This document shows, piece after piece, positions 10,236-21,579 of a stretch of DNA of 64,000 nucleotides. The number at the start of each line of letters is the position of its first letter. Position 1 is the first letter of the stretch. The stretch is from Narcine bancroftii (lineage: Eukaryota): NCBI RefSeq assembly GCF_036971445.1, contig NC_091473.1, forward strand, positions 40,114,001-40,178,000, given 5' to 3'. Below the pieces are notes generated by a model. It was not told the DNA's origin. It did not search any database and saw only the letters and a program-made list of their open reading frames with translations. Made by a program: the position numbers and the translations under genes.

Positions 10236-12864
10236 TTTTAAAATTATTTTTAAAAAGCAGCCTCCAAATATCAATTAGAATGAAATAATTCATAAATGAT
10301 AGCATCGCTTTGTGACCTTTGCCCTCATTACCATTCTCACTGATTTATCAGATCTAAACAGAAATTAAAATCCCCCTCGACCAATGTACTTTGTCTATCT
10401 TCTGCTGCTTTTAAGAAAATATCTTTCATAAAGGCTTCATCATCATAATTTGGAGTGTAAATATTCATAAACATTCAGGATTCTGCATAAATTTTACAAT
10501 GTAACATGGCAAACCTTCTGGCTTGGTCAATCGGTATATCTTCTACTATTACTGGTACATTTTTATTAATTGAAATTTCAACTCCTCTCGCCTTTGAATG
10601 GAAAGAAGACGATAATACTTGCTCCACTCATCCTCTTTATAAATTAGCATGTTCCAATTTAGTAAGGTGTGTTTCCTGTAGGAAAACTACATCTACTTTT
10701 AGTTTTTTTAAGTGTGCCAGGACCCTTTAGTTCTTCATCTGACCATTTATCCCATTAAAATTCAGACTAATAAACTTTAGCGTACTATCCATAACAATTT
10801 TTAAACAAATATTGTTCAGAAATAAAACCTTTTTGATTATTCAAATAATACAGTGATCTTTCCCCTTTTAAAAGAAACCTATATAGTGCCCTTGCTCTGA
10901 TGGTGACATAAACATGAAATTCCAGAAGCCCGCAAAGTAAACCCACAGAATCTTCCGAGAAAGAAGAACCTCTCCCTTTAGTGTCATCTTGCAAAACTGC
11001 TCCTCTCCTGGTGCTATTATCCCCCTTAGGCTGGAGTCTCTACCCTGCTATTATTTTTTAACAAGTTCACGCTCTTTCATGAGCTCTCCATTGCAAATTT
11101 CCATAACATTTAACAATAAATACAAGACCGTTCAAAAAATACACTTTTCACTCGGTCCTATTGCAAACATTCTTCTTCATCTTCTTGTTTAATACATTTA
11201 CTTTTAATAATCTTTTTAGAAATGTTTCCACTTCTTCCTTGGTCTTGATAAAAAGTTGATTACAACCCTCAGAGTCGCAGGATATATCATCAAATATTTT
11301 ATGTTCTTTTTACATCATCAAACTCCTTCCTTTGATTAATCAAAGTTGGGATAAAGTCTTGAAAAAATAACACCTTTCTACTGTCAATCTCAGGCGGGCC
11401 ATTGTGTTGCTTGGAGTAATCAAATGCTACTCCCAAAACCGTTTCCCATTCCCGGTAACTCAAAAGTTTTACCAGAACCAGCTGTGGTCACTGCTCGTCA
11501 GATCTTCTGGGTCCGAGGGTCTGATGAGCCCTTTCTATTTGTAGTTTTCTGTTGAATTTATTTTCTCAACACTTGTTGGATCCAAGTTTCAAAGAAGCTC
11601 ATCAGGTCTCTCCCTTCGGTCCCTTCCTTCAAACCAATAATCTGAACATAATCGTGTCTGCTGAAACTCTCCATGTGGCCATTCTTGTCCAGCATAGCTT
11701 GCTTATCCAAGTTCCACTTCTTCTCATCTTCTTCCAAAGCTTTTAGCTTTTTTTTACATTTTATCCAAGTCAACTTCCACTTAGCCCATTTGCTCCATTA
11801 GATCATCAATTGTCTTTTTAAATTCAATCATCTTCTCTGACATATCACTCATTGCAGTTTCAAAACCCATTAAACGATTGCATAAAATCTCCATCTTCTC
11901 CAAGATTATATTCAGGTCTCACGCCCCCCAACACTGCCGGGCTCAGTCGGACCCAAGACCACACTTGTGTCCTTTTAGGCTTTTCCTCGAAGTTCCTAGC
12001 TGAGTCGATGTCTCCTCTGATTTTAGTTTTTGCTGTCTTGGCTTCTTAGTATTCAATTTGTTCATCCACAGTGAAATAATTCTTAATTTTAAACCGTCTT
12101 TGTAAAACTCTTCACACAGAGCTCATCCAAGACACGTTTGTCTAGCTCCTTTGCATCGCCACACTCCCTGGCAATATCTCTTTGTCTCCTACAGATGCTG
12201 AAAGACCGGCTGAGTTCCTCTAGCATTTCGGTGTGTTTACTCATAATTATTGCTGTCATAAATTTAAAATGCATCAGCTTTTTACTATTCTCCTATGGCA
12301 TGTGAAACCAATTGATGTTTAGTATTGATTGCGTGTCCCTAAATATCCTTGGGAAGATGATGGGAAACTACCTTTTTGAACTGCTTCAGTCTGACTAGTG
12401 AAGGTGCTCCTTACCCCCTTCAGAAAGCGAGTTTTCAAGAAAGAATGACATGTAATTGCTGATGTTGGTATTCAAATGTGCTTGCTGTACTTGTTCTTCT
12501 GTATGATTTAGATCAAAGGTTTGGAAGGTGTTATGTGAAAGACTTGTCCAGTGCTTCTTTTAAATGGTACAAAACGTAGATGGCGATTAGTTGAAGGAAT
12601 ATAAAGGACCTTAGAAATATCTTCTCTGGACTGAGAAAAACTTGTCCAGCACCCTGGAATCTATTACCTGCTGTTTGTTGTGAAAGGTTTATTTTCCAAA
12701 TTATCCCACATTTGATTGTCCTAATGCCTTTGCTCTTAAGGGGGAAATCGTCACAAACTTCTCCATCTTTGCTACTCTGAAGTGATTCTCTGTTGACAGG
12801 AGAGCAAAATCTCAGAAAGTCAAAACCAAGACATAACTGAACAAAATTTTTAAATTGCTTGACA

Positions 12865-13255
12865 GCATTCTAGCCTCAGAATCAAGAGGTCATACATTCA
12901 AGTTAAACTGCACACGATCTTTAAATGGGTAAGCCAGTTTCATATTTGTGAGATTGCACCATTGTTGGAGGTGGAATATTTTGAATCAGACCTTAAATAT
13001 TTAAACATTTTGAGCTGTTGTGGTTGATGTAAAAGAATTCTTGGCACTATTCATAGAATGTTGTTGTCCAGATGTAAGCACTTCACTCATTCAGCATGAA
13101 AGAGAGATTTATGAATGTTTGCTGTATCACAGCATCCTCATATGTGCAAACTGGCTACAGAGATTTCCAAGCAACTAAAATAATTATTGCATAAAAATAA
13201 TCCATTAACTGTAGAATACTTTAAAACTTTCAAGGGCAAAATAAAATACTTTCTT
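12865..13255 (+). mobile_element. Decayed Deu-domain SINE (SacSINE1-like)
   Basis: Degenerate match to the remembered consensus blocks GATGTAAAAGA..TGGCACTATT and TGTGCAAACTGGCT. Confidence 0.5.
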
Positions 13256-13689
13256 TACCATAACTCCAAGTTCTGTGCAGATGAACCTTAAAAAGTAATC
13301 TGTTAAAATGAGATCTTGAACATGCAGTGATTGTAAATGAATGTTGGGAATGCAGCTTCCTTCAATATATTAATAACATCTTTTAGTATAATTGGATACA
13401 ATTCACAAAATCCCATCCTTCACTGGTGACATAACAATGAGAGAGATGATTCACTGCCATCAGCCGATAACTTGGGATGCCAAGTTATAAAAGCATGAAT
13501 AATTGAGCAAGGCATTGTGTCTGGGAGTGTGTTATACATTTTAAAGTTATGTTGTCTTGATCAGATATGATATATACAAATGTAAAGTCATTTGTCATGT
13601 TTGAAATTAGGTGCTTGATTCAGAATTACGAGGTGAATTTTGTGTTTTTTTTTAATGGAACATCCACTACACCACTTTTTTTAAAAATT

Positions 13690-13880
13690 TAGAGATATGG
13701 CACGGTGACAGACCCTTCCAGTCTATGAGCCCACACTTTAAATACACCCATGTGACCAATTAACCTACTAACACCATACGTCTTTGGAATGAAGGAGGAA
13801 ACCGGAGCACCTGGAGGAAACCCACTCAGACATGGGGAAAATGTACAAACTCCTTACAGAGAGTGCCAGATTCAAACTCA
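13690..13880 (-). mobile_element. V-SINE/HE1-like SINE, 3' part (5' part at about 17436-17490)
   Basis: GGAGGAAACCGGAGCACCTGGAGGAAACCCAC...TACAAACTCCTTACAGA, the V-domain in reverse. Confidence 0.75.
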
Positions 13881-14141
13881 AATCTATTAGAGTTATCACT
13901 GTGCTGGGAGTGGTCTATAGGGCCCCAAATAGCCCTCAGGATACAGAGGACCAGATAAGCAGGCAGGTTTTGGAATGGTGTGGGGAATACAGGGTTGTAG
14001 TTATGGGTGATTTCAACTTCCCTAATATTGACTGGGACCTACTGACTGCAAGAGGGATAGATGGGGCTGAATTTGTCAGGTGTGTTCAAGAAGGATTCCT
14101 GACACAGTATGTAGATAGGCTGACTAGAGGAGATGCCATAT

Positions 14142-14227
14142 TGGATCTGGTTCTGGGGGATGGATCTGGTTCTCGGGAATGGATCTGGTTCTGGGGAATG
14201 GATCTGGTTCTGGGGAATGGATCTGGT
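14142..14227 (+). repeat. 19-bp tandem repeat (TGGATCTGGTTCTGGGGAA) x about 4.5 inside the CR1 endonuclease
   Basis: Visible duplication of the LDLVLG codons. Confidence 0.85.
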
Positions 14228-14688
14228 AAGGTGGCGGACCTCGCAGTAGGGGATCACAACTCCTTTAGATTCAACATAGCTAGGAAGAAGAATAAAAACA
14301 TTCAAACTGAGGAAGGGCTAACTATGAAGGGATGAGGCATGAACTAGCGAGAATAAATTGGAAACAGATGTCTAAGGGTTGAAGCAGAAAAGTAATATGG
14401 AGAAAGTTTAAGGACCAATTGTGCACGGTTGAAGATGGGTTTGTCCCACTGGGACAAGGAAAAGAGAACCGTGGCTGATGAGACAGGTCAGACAACTAGT
14501 CAAGAGGATGAAGGAAACTTACATCAGGATTAAGAAGCAGGAAACAGGTAGGGCTCATGAGAAGTATATGGTAGCCAGGAAGGAGCATAAGAAAGGACTT
14601 TAGAGAGCTCGAAGGGGCATGAGAAGGTCTTGGCATGTAGAATTAAGAACCCCAAAGAGTTCTATGCACGTGAAGAACAGAAGGATGA

Positions 14689-15721
14689 CATCATAATCGC
14701 TCCACAGCAGACGCAATATCGCTGGCTTTCCACTCAGTTCGGGATCACCTCAAAAGCAGCAATTCATACATACAGCTGCTCTTTATAGCTCAGCTCAGCT
14801 TTCAATATCATTATTCCCTCAGTGCTAATCAAGAAGCTACAAACTCTAAGCATCTGTACCCCCCCACACCCTTGCAATGGATCCTTGACTTTCTCATTGG
14901 AAGACTACAGTCAGTACAAATTGGAAACAACGTCTCCTCTTCACTGATGATCAATAAAGGCTTACCTCAAGGATGTGTGCTTAGCCCACTGCTTTACTCA
15001 TTATACACCCATGACTGTGTGGCCAGGCACAATTCCAATGCTATTTACAAGTTTGCCGATGACACCACAGTTGTCGGCAGAATCACAACAGCAATGAGAT
15101 AGATCAGCTCATTGAATGGTGCAACAACAACGACCTTGCGCTCAACGTCAGAAAAGTCAGCAAAACCAAGGAGGTGATAGTAGGCTTCAGGAGGAAGTCA
15201 GGGGAACACAGCCCAGTCCTTATCAAGGGCTCAGTATAGAGAGGGTCAAGAACTTCAAATTCTGGCTGATTGGATCATTGCCTGGTATGGAGGCGCCAAC
15301 TGTAAGGACTAGAATAAACTCCAGAGGGTTGTTAACTCGGCCTGCAACATCACAGGCACCGGACTTCACTCCATCTAGGACATCTGCATGAGGCAGTGTC
15401 TTCAAAAAGCAGCCTCTTATCACCAAAGACCCCCATCACCCAGGCCATACACTCTTCAATCTGATACCATTGTGGAAAAGATGCAGGAGCCTAAAGACAA
15501 GCACTCAGCGGCACAAGGACAGCTTCTTCCCCGCTGCCATCTGATTCCTGAATAATCATTGTACCAAAGACACTGCCTTATTTTTTGTGCACTGTTATTT
15601 TTATTATTATCTTATTTTTATAGTAATGTCATATGATGGTTATATTATGTACATTTACACTAAGATGCTGCGGCAAAACACTGAATTTCATGACTTGTTT
15701 GTGACAATAAATCCTGATTCT
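14689..15721 (+). mobile_element. Rex1/Babar-type LINE 3' portion nested in CR1
   Basis: ORF 14872-15102 ([20 protein letters not shown]...KFADDTTVVG). Tail GACAATAAATCCTGATTCT. GATGA on both flanks. Confidence 0.82.
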
Positions 15722-18587
15722 GATGATTAGAATGAAGGAGGGGCCGCTAGAGGATAAAGGAGGCAACATGTGCCTGGAGGTTTGGGGAGGTCTTAAATGA
15801 ATACTTTGAGTCAGTATTCACAATGAGGTTGAAATTCAACAAGCCTGTGTTCTGGACAATGTGGAGATTAAGGAAGGGGAAGTGCTGGATCTTCTAAAAA
15901 CATCAAGATTGATGTGGCCGGATGCAATGTACTCCAAGCTGCTTTGGGAAGTGAGAGAAGAGATAGCTGGGGCAGTAACTATGACCTTTGAAAACTTTTT
16001 GGACACGGGAGGCGCTGGAGGATTAGAGAATGACAAATAATAGTTCCCTTGTTTTAAAAAGGTAATAGGGAGAATCCTGGGAATTATAGACTGGTGAGTC
16101 TTACATCAGTGGTGTGAAAACTAATGGAGAGGATTCTTAAGGATAGGATCTATGAGCACTTCTCCAAAAAGTATAGTCTACTCAAGGATAGTCAGCATGG
16201 CTTTGTGAAGGGAAGGTTGTGCCTCACGAGTCTAATTGAGGTTTTTGAGTAACAAAAGAAATTGATGATGATAGGGCAGTAGATGTGGTCTACATGGATT
16301 TTAGCAAGGCATTTGACATGGTCCCCCACAAGAGACTCATCCAGAAAGTCATGAGGCTCTGGATCAGCGGAACCTTAGCTGTATAGATAAAAAAATTGGT
16401 TTGGAGGAAGAAAGCAGAGAGTAGAAGTGGATGGAAAGTATTCTGCCTGGAGGTCGGTGACTAGTGGAGTGCCACAAGGATCTGTTCTGGGACCCCTGCT
16501 CTTTGTAATTTTATAAATGACCTGGATGAAGAGGCAGATGGATGGGTCAGTAAGTTTGCAGATGACATGAAGATTGGAGGAGTTGGCGATGGAGCAGAAG
16601 GTTACAAGATGATATAGACTGGATACAGTTAGATAGAAAAGTGGCAGATAGATTTCAATCCAGATAAGTGTGAGATGATGCATTTTGGAAGGATAAACCA
16701 GAAGGCTGAGCGCAGGGTTAAAGGTTGGTTACTTAAGAGTGTGGATGAACAGAAGGACCTTGAGGTACAGATCCATACACAGGCCTCTGCACAGGTTGAT
16801 AGTTAAGAAGGCCTATGGGATACTGGGATTGATTAATGGGGGATTGAATTCAGGAGTAGAGAGGTCATGTTGCAACTCTGCAAATCTCTGGTAAGACCAT
16901 ACGTGTTCATTTCTGGTCACCTCATTATAGGAAGGATGTGGAAGCTATGGAGAGGATGCAGAGGAGATTTACCAGGATGTTGCCTAGATTGGAAAACAAG
17001 TCTTATGAGGCAAGGTTAGAGAGCTGGGACATTTATCTTTGGAGCATAGAAACATGAGAGGAGACTTGACAGAGGTCTACAAGATTGAGAGGCTTAGTAA
17101 GGTTGGCAACCAGGGCTTGTTTCCCAGGGCAAGATCCACAAACACCAGAGGACATATGTACAAAGTGAAGGGAGGGAAGTTTAGGGGAGACATCAGGGGT
17201 AAGTTTTTTTTACACAGGGAATTATGGGTGCCTGGAATGCGTTGCCAGGCATGGTGGTGGAGGCTGAAGCATTAGAGGTATTTAAGAGACCCTTATACGG
17301 ACACATGGATGGAAGGAAAATAGAGGGTTATGGGGTTGTGAGGTTTTGGTACCTTTTTTTAAGAAGGAATATATAGGTCGGCACAACATCAAGGGCTGAA
17401 GGGCCTGTAGGGTGCTGTATTGTTCTATGTTCAAGTTCCTGGGTGCTGTAATAATGTTGTGCTAACCACTACACTAACTATGCCACCCCTGATCAAGCAT
17501 TTTCAAATATTTATTTTAATTAAACTATAAATATGATAAGAAAGAATGTATTTCCTGTCTAGCACATCAAAATTAAAATTCACAACCTTTTTAAATAAAG
17601 GCAATCATTTGAGCTGAGAACTGATATTTATTAAATGCCCGAGTGCTTTCTAAAAGAAATTGAATCAGTACAAAGAGAGAAGACTTTCCTTTCCAATCTC
17701 CTATTGCCACAGGGAGTGGAAGTCACAGACAGAACCAGGGGGCAGAAGCTTTCCAGGGAGAGGATTACAGAGGAGGTATTGGGCAGACGGAGGTGGGCAG
17801 TTGTTAAGGATTTGGTCAGATGTGCAGGGGTCAGTAGCGAGATGATTAGAGGACAGGGCAAGTTGATAGGGAGGTTAGAAGATGATGGGGTGAATGGTCT
17901 GATGATGATTCTCACCACTGGACTGGTACAGATAATTAGTTATGCAAAGTTAAGGAAGTCTCCTACTTGGATGAAGATGGATGCTTGGAAATACTTACTG
18001 AGCCAGGCAGAGTTACTCATTGCCATTAACTGCAACTTTAGGGAGGCATTACAAAGGCAAAGCATCCCTCCCAGAATTTCCTTTTGTTAGGGATAGGCAT
18101 TTGTTCTTGAATTTAGTTACAGAGGGTGCACATGAAGAAATGATTCACGCCTCTTGGCTTTGCGAAATGAGAAATGTTTGGCCCTGAGAGCAAGATGTGC
18201 ATAAATAAAATATTTAATGTATTTTTGCTTTGAATAGTTTGTCATGTTGCCTGTAGAGATTACCTCTGAATGAAATTTCAGAAATGCAAATTTTTTTTAA
18301 ATGGTAAAATTTCAGGATGACGTAATTGCCAGATTGTTTGTTATTGCTTCTTTCTTATCTTTCACATTTAATGTCACTTCATGTACAGAGGAATGTTAAC
18401 ACATTGAACTTGTGCTGTTCCCAGGAGAACGGGCACATAAAGTTTTATCATGGCTGGTAAAGTCAGAGGAGTCATCTAGGATGATAAATGCAATAAAAAC
18501 AGAATCCTGGATGCACAGTAGAGCATGCTGGTGGCTGGCAGATAGCAAGATCCATTGAGGTGTGGGAGGCCTCCATTTTTCTGATTA

Positions 18588-19276
18588 CAATAAAACCCCT
18601 GGTGTCCGGCACCTATGGGGATTAGTTGATACTGGATAAACGAGTTATCCAGTTACTTGAGACTCACTTTTAAAATGTCTAACTAATACGCCTGCATTAA
18701 GAATAAACAGTTTAAAAGACAAAAATACTCTACTTGAACAAACTTGACTTGCATGGATACATAATCCTGAAAGAATTTTACTTTATTTTCAGTCACATTC
18801 TTTGAAAACATTTAATCATCACTGCATCTTCACGGAACCGCCAAAAAGACAAACAATAACATTATATATAATTAACCCCTACCGCAAATTTTCAGATAAA
18901 GCCTTACTAATATACTAATAAAGGTAAAGACTTTTACTAAGCAGGGATAAGGAGATACTTTAAGACAGTCACTCCATCAGCAAACGGCATCAACCAGCTC
19001 TTCATCCTGGGTGAAGCCATTTTATTCAAACATGACTTTATTCAAACAGCTGCTACAAGCAAAGCATGACCAAGACGCTCCACTCGCTGAATATTTGCCC
19101 CCATCTTCACCAAAGGTTTATGTGTTATTTTAGAGAACATTTACTTTTATAATTTTAAACTTTCATTTTTTTAAATTTATTTTTATAATTTCATTTTATT
19201 TAATTATTTTCTTTTTTTTTTGCTATTTTCTTGAGGTTGTCAGTTGCTTGAATTCCAGATAACAGGGGTTTTACTG
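18588..19276. mobile_element. Non-autonomous Tc1/mariner (Tigger-like) DNA transposon
   Basis: TA|CAATAAAACCCCTGG ... ACAGGGGTTTTACTG|TA terminal inverted repeats with a TA TSD. Confidence 0.75.
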
Positions 19277-19699
19277 TATCTATGGTACCATAAATCCTAA
19301 TATTCAAGCAGAGGTACTTAGACATATTGACTACCAGGCAGTTCATAGGATAGCCTTTCCAAAGGAGGACATGGTCATAGGTAACCATATATTAGTAAAA
19401 TATCCACACACACACTCACACAGACACACACACACACACCCTCTTTGCATTTGTTGTTTTCATAATACTATTTAAATTAAATGGTATTAAATAAATATTT
19501 AATTGCATATATATCATATTATTTTCTATTTCAGTTAAAGCCTGAATATTTAAATGCATGTGACCACAGTCTTCTTTAGTAGCAGCTGAAGTTTGTCTGT
19601 TCGGCCTAAGTTTCTAATCTAAGGAGCTCCTGCTGTCATGTGCTGGGACTGAAATGATTGGCCTCACTCAAAATACAACTCTATTTCTTTCAAATGAAA

Positions 19700-19810
19700 C
19701 AGCAAAGTCTGCAGACACTGGGGCTGTAGTGCAACACACAAAGGTGCTGCAGGACCTCAGCAGGCCATGCAGCTGACCTGCTGAGTTTCTCCAGCATATT
19801 TGTTTGTTTA
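19700..19810. repeat. Short Penelope-end-derived palindrome
   Basis: TGCTGCAGGACCTCAGCAGG ... CCTGCTGAGTTTCTCCAGCA. Confidence 0.6.
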
Positions 19811-19878
19811 TTTCAACTAAGTTTAGCTTAAGTCAACAGAATGCTTGTCTTCTCCGCTTGAGGCTCTGATATGCTTGA

Positions 19879-20060
19879 GGTTCTAACAGCTCAGTGGTAA
19901 GAACACTGGTCTTGTAAACCCCTTGCTGGGGCCTCATTTCTGTGAGGGGTGCTTGACAAAATGGTGACTCTCTGTCTTCCTTACGAGAGACAAAGAAAGA
20001 ATTTCATGTATGTTTCATTCTAAATGTAGTATTACATGACAATAATGGAATCTTTATCTT
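19879..20060 (+). mobile_element. tRNA-Thr(TGT)-derived SINE or tRNA pseudogene with a LINE-like tail
   Basis: AGCTCAGTGGTAAGAACACTGGTCTTGTAAACC-CCTTGCTGGGGCCT matches tRNA-Thr(TGT) lacking the variable loop and most of the T-arm. Tail GAATTTCATG...GACAATAA. Confidence 0.7.
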
Positions 20061-20256
20061 CTCTTCCATTTACTTCCATTTTACTTTGGTTCCATATGTG
20101 GTTAAATGGTGGTTGCTTTCTAGAATGCAGTTCTTTCTCCATATTTGGGCTACCCATTTAGACCCGGATCCCAGACGAATATTTTCTCCATTTTTACACC
20201 AAGATAATCCATTGCTTAAAATTCAAGATGATTACTTTTTATTCCTTTTGTTTCAG

Positions 20257-20382
20257 AAACAAATATCAATGAATCTCTGCTCCTTGCTATAACACTTCTG
20301 GATACAGCTCACAAGAAAAAGCAATTGCCTGAAAGAAGTGTGTCCATGATCATTCTCTTAACTGACGGTGATCCAAATGTAG
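20257..20382 (+). CDS. ITIH3: ITIH3-like gene 1 exon (vWA, MIDAS T and D)
   Basis: cag|AA...G|gttag. ETNINESLLLAITLLDTAHKKKQLPERSVSMIILLTDGDPNV. Confidence 0.9.
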
Positions 20383-20828
20383 GTTAGTATTTTTTTAAAC
20401 TTCATATTCCTAATAAAATAATTGGAATAATCAGATTTCTCAAATACTACATAAATCTTAAATGGAGAACTTTGTGGAAAAGTGTTTGAAAACATCTTCT
20501 GGAAATGCAGTTAGCATTTGACATACAGGAATATATACTTTTTAATTTGTGAAGGTAAAAATGAACCAGTACTTAATTATTATTGTACTTGTATTGCTAT
20601 TAAAGACTTCTTTGTTTTCTAATTTTCTACATTGGATATTTCACTCAAAACTAAATGATGGAAACCTGGAACTTGAACCCACACATGCCTGGAAATTGGT
20701 TAAAATGTGAAATAGACATGTTTTTTTTTACTCTTGCAGAATTTTGCCTCTCTTGTGAAGCCCAAATTTAAAGCAGAGTTAAGATCATTCTTAAGTGCTG
20801 GATAATTGACAACTTTATTTTAATGCAG

Positions 20829-21010
20829 GAGAAACAGACCCAGCAAAAATTCAAATCAATGTCAAGAATGCTATAAATGAGAGGTACAGCTTATACTGTC
20901 TTGGTTTTGGTTTTGATGTGGATTACAGTTTTCTGGAGAAAATGGCGCTGGATAATAGTGGTGTGGCTCGACTTATTTACAGTGATTCAGATGCAGCCTT
21001 GCAACTCCAG
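20829..21010 (+). CDS. ITIH3: ITIH3-like gene 1 exon
   Basis: cag|GA...CAG|gtagg. GETDPAKIQINVKNAINERYSLYCLGFGFDVDYSFLEKMALDNSGVARLIYSDSDAALQLQ. Confidence 0.92.
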
Positions 21011-21114
21011 GTAGGCATCTATCAATCTAGAGCATCATTCCCAGTTGGAATCTTGTCCAACATGTGCCATTTGTTCCTGGATGTGCAATAGGAAAAGGCA
21101 GTACCACTTCTGGG

Positions 21115-21285
21115 ATAAACAAAGATGGCTCCAGGGACTCAGCAGGTCAGACAGTATCCATGGAGAAAAATGGATAGTCAATATTTGAGTTATCTAAAAT
21201 TGGACCCAACTCAAAATGGAGATTGTTCATTTCTCTCCATGGATGCTATCTGATCTGCTGAGTCCTTTTAGCTCTCTTTGTTTGC
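21115..21285. repeat. Approximately 170-bp palindromic element (Penelope-end family)
   Basis: Arms GGACTCAGCAGGTCAGACAGTATCCATGGAGA and TCTCCATGGATGCTATCTGATCTGCTGAGTCC. Confidence 0.75.
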
Positions 21286-21579
21286 TCAACGTTTCAGCAC
21301 ATGCAGTTTTTGGTTTTCTAGTTTACAATTTCTGCAGTTTGCCAATGCTATGATAGAAAGAATAAATGGAAGTAAGGAAAACAAAATAGAGTGAATAGTT
21401 GTAATGACAGGTTTGGAAGGGAGAACTGAAAATGTTGCCTAGCCCAATGAACAAACAGAAAAATAAAGTGAGATAAGCCCCAATGATTTCAAGGACCATA
21501 TTTCTTCAGATATGTAAAAGGATTCCACCTAAGCATTAGTGACAACCTTGCTTTACTCTAGAAAAGCTTCAAATAATTT

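Larger units (their letters stand above)
7060..12150 (-). mobile_element. Interrupted L1/Tx1-type LINE (ORF1, endonuclease, RT start)
   Basis: ORF1 piece 11558-11773 (IIGLKEGTEG), EN near 10300-10780, IWDILKAYLRGKIISY near 8730-8800, SPGEDGF and FRPILLLNADYKIL at 7060-7405. Interrupted by the inserts at 7501-8405 and about 8820-10270. Confidence 0.7.
13885..17435 (+). mobile_element. CR1 LINE (EN-RT-3' UTR), frameshifted and split by a Rex1-type insert
   Basis: VYRAP...MGDFNFPNIDW at 13900-14330, GVPQGSVLGP and KFADD at 16460-16570, TRGHMYK near 17145, and the 3' end GGGCTGAAGGGCCTGT...TTCTATGTTC. Confidence 0.88.

Noticed and set aside
19879-19934. Functional tRNA-Thr gene
   Set aside because: The variable loop and B-box/T-arm are missing.
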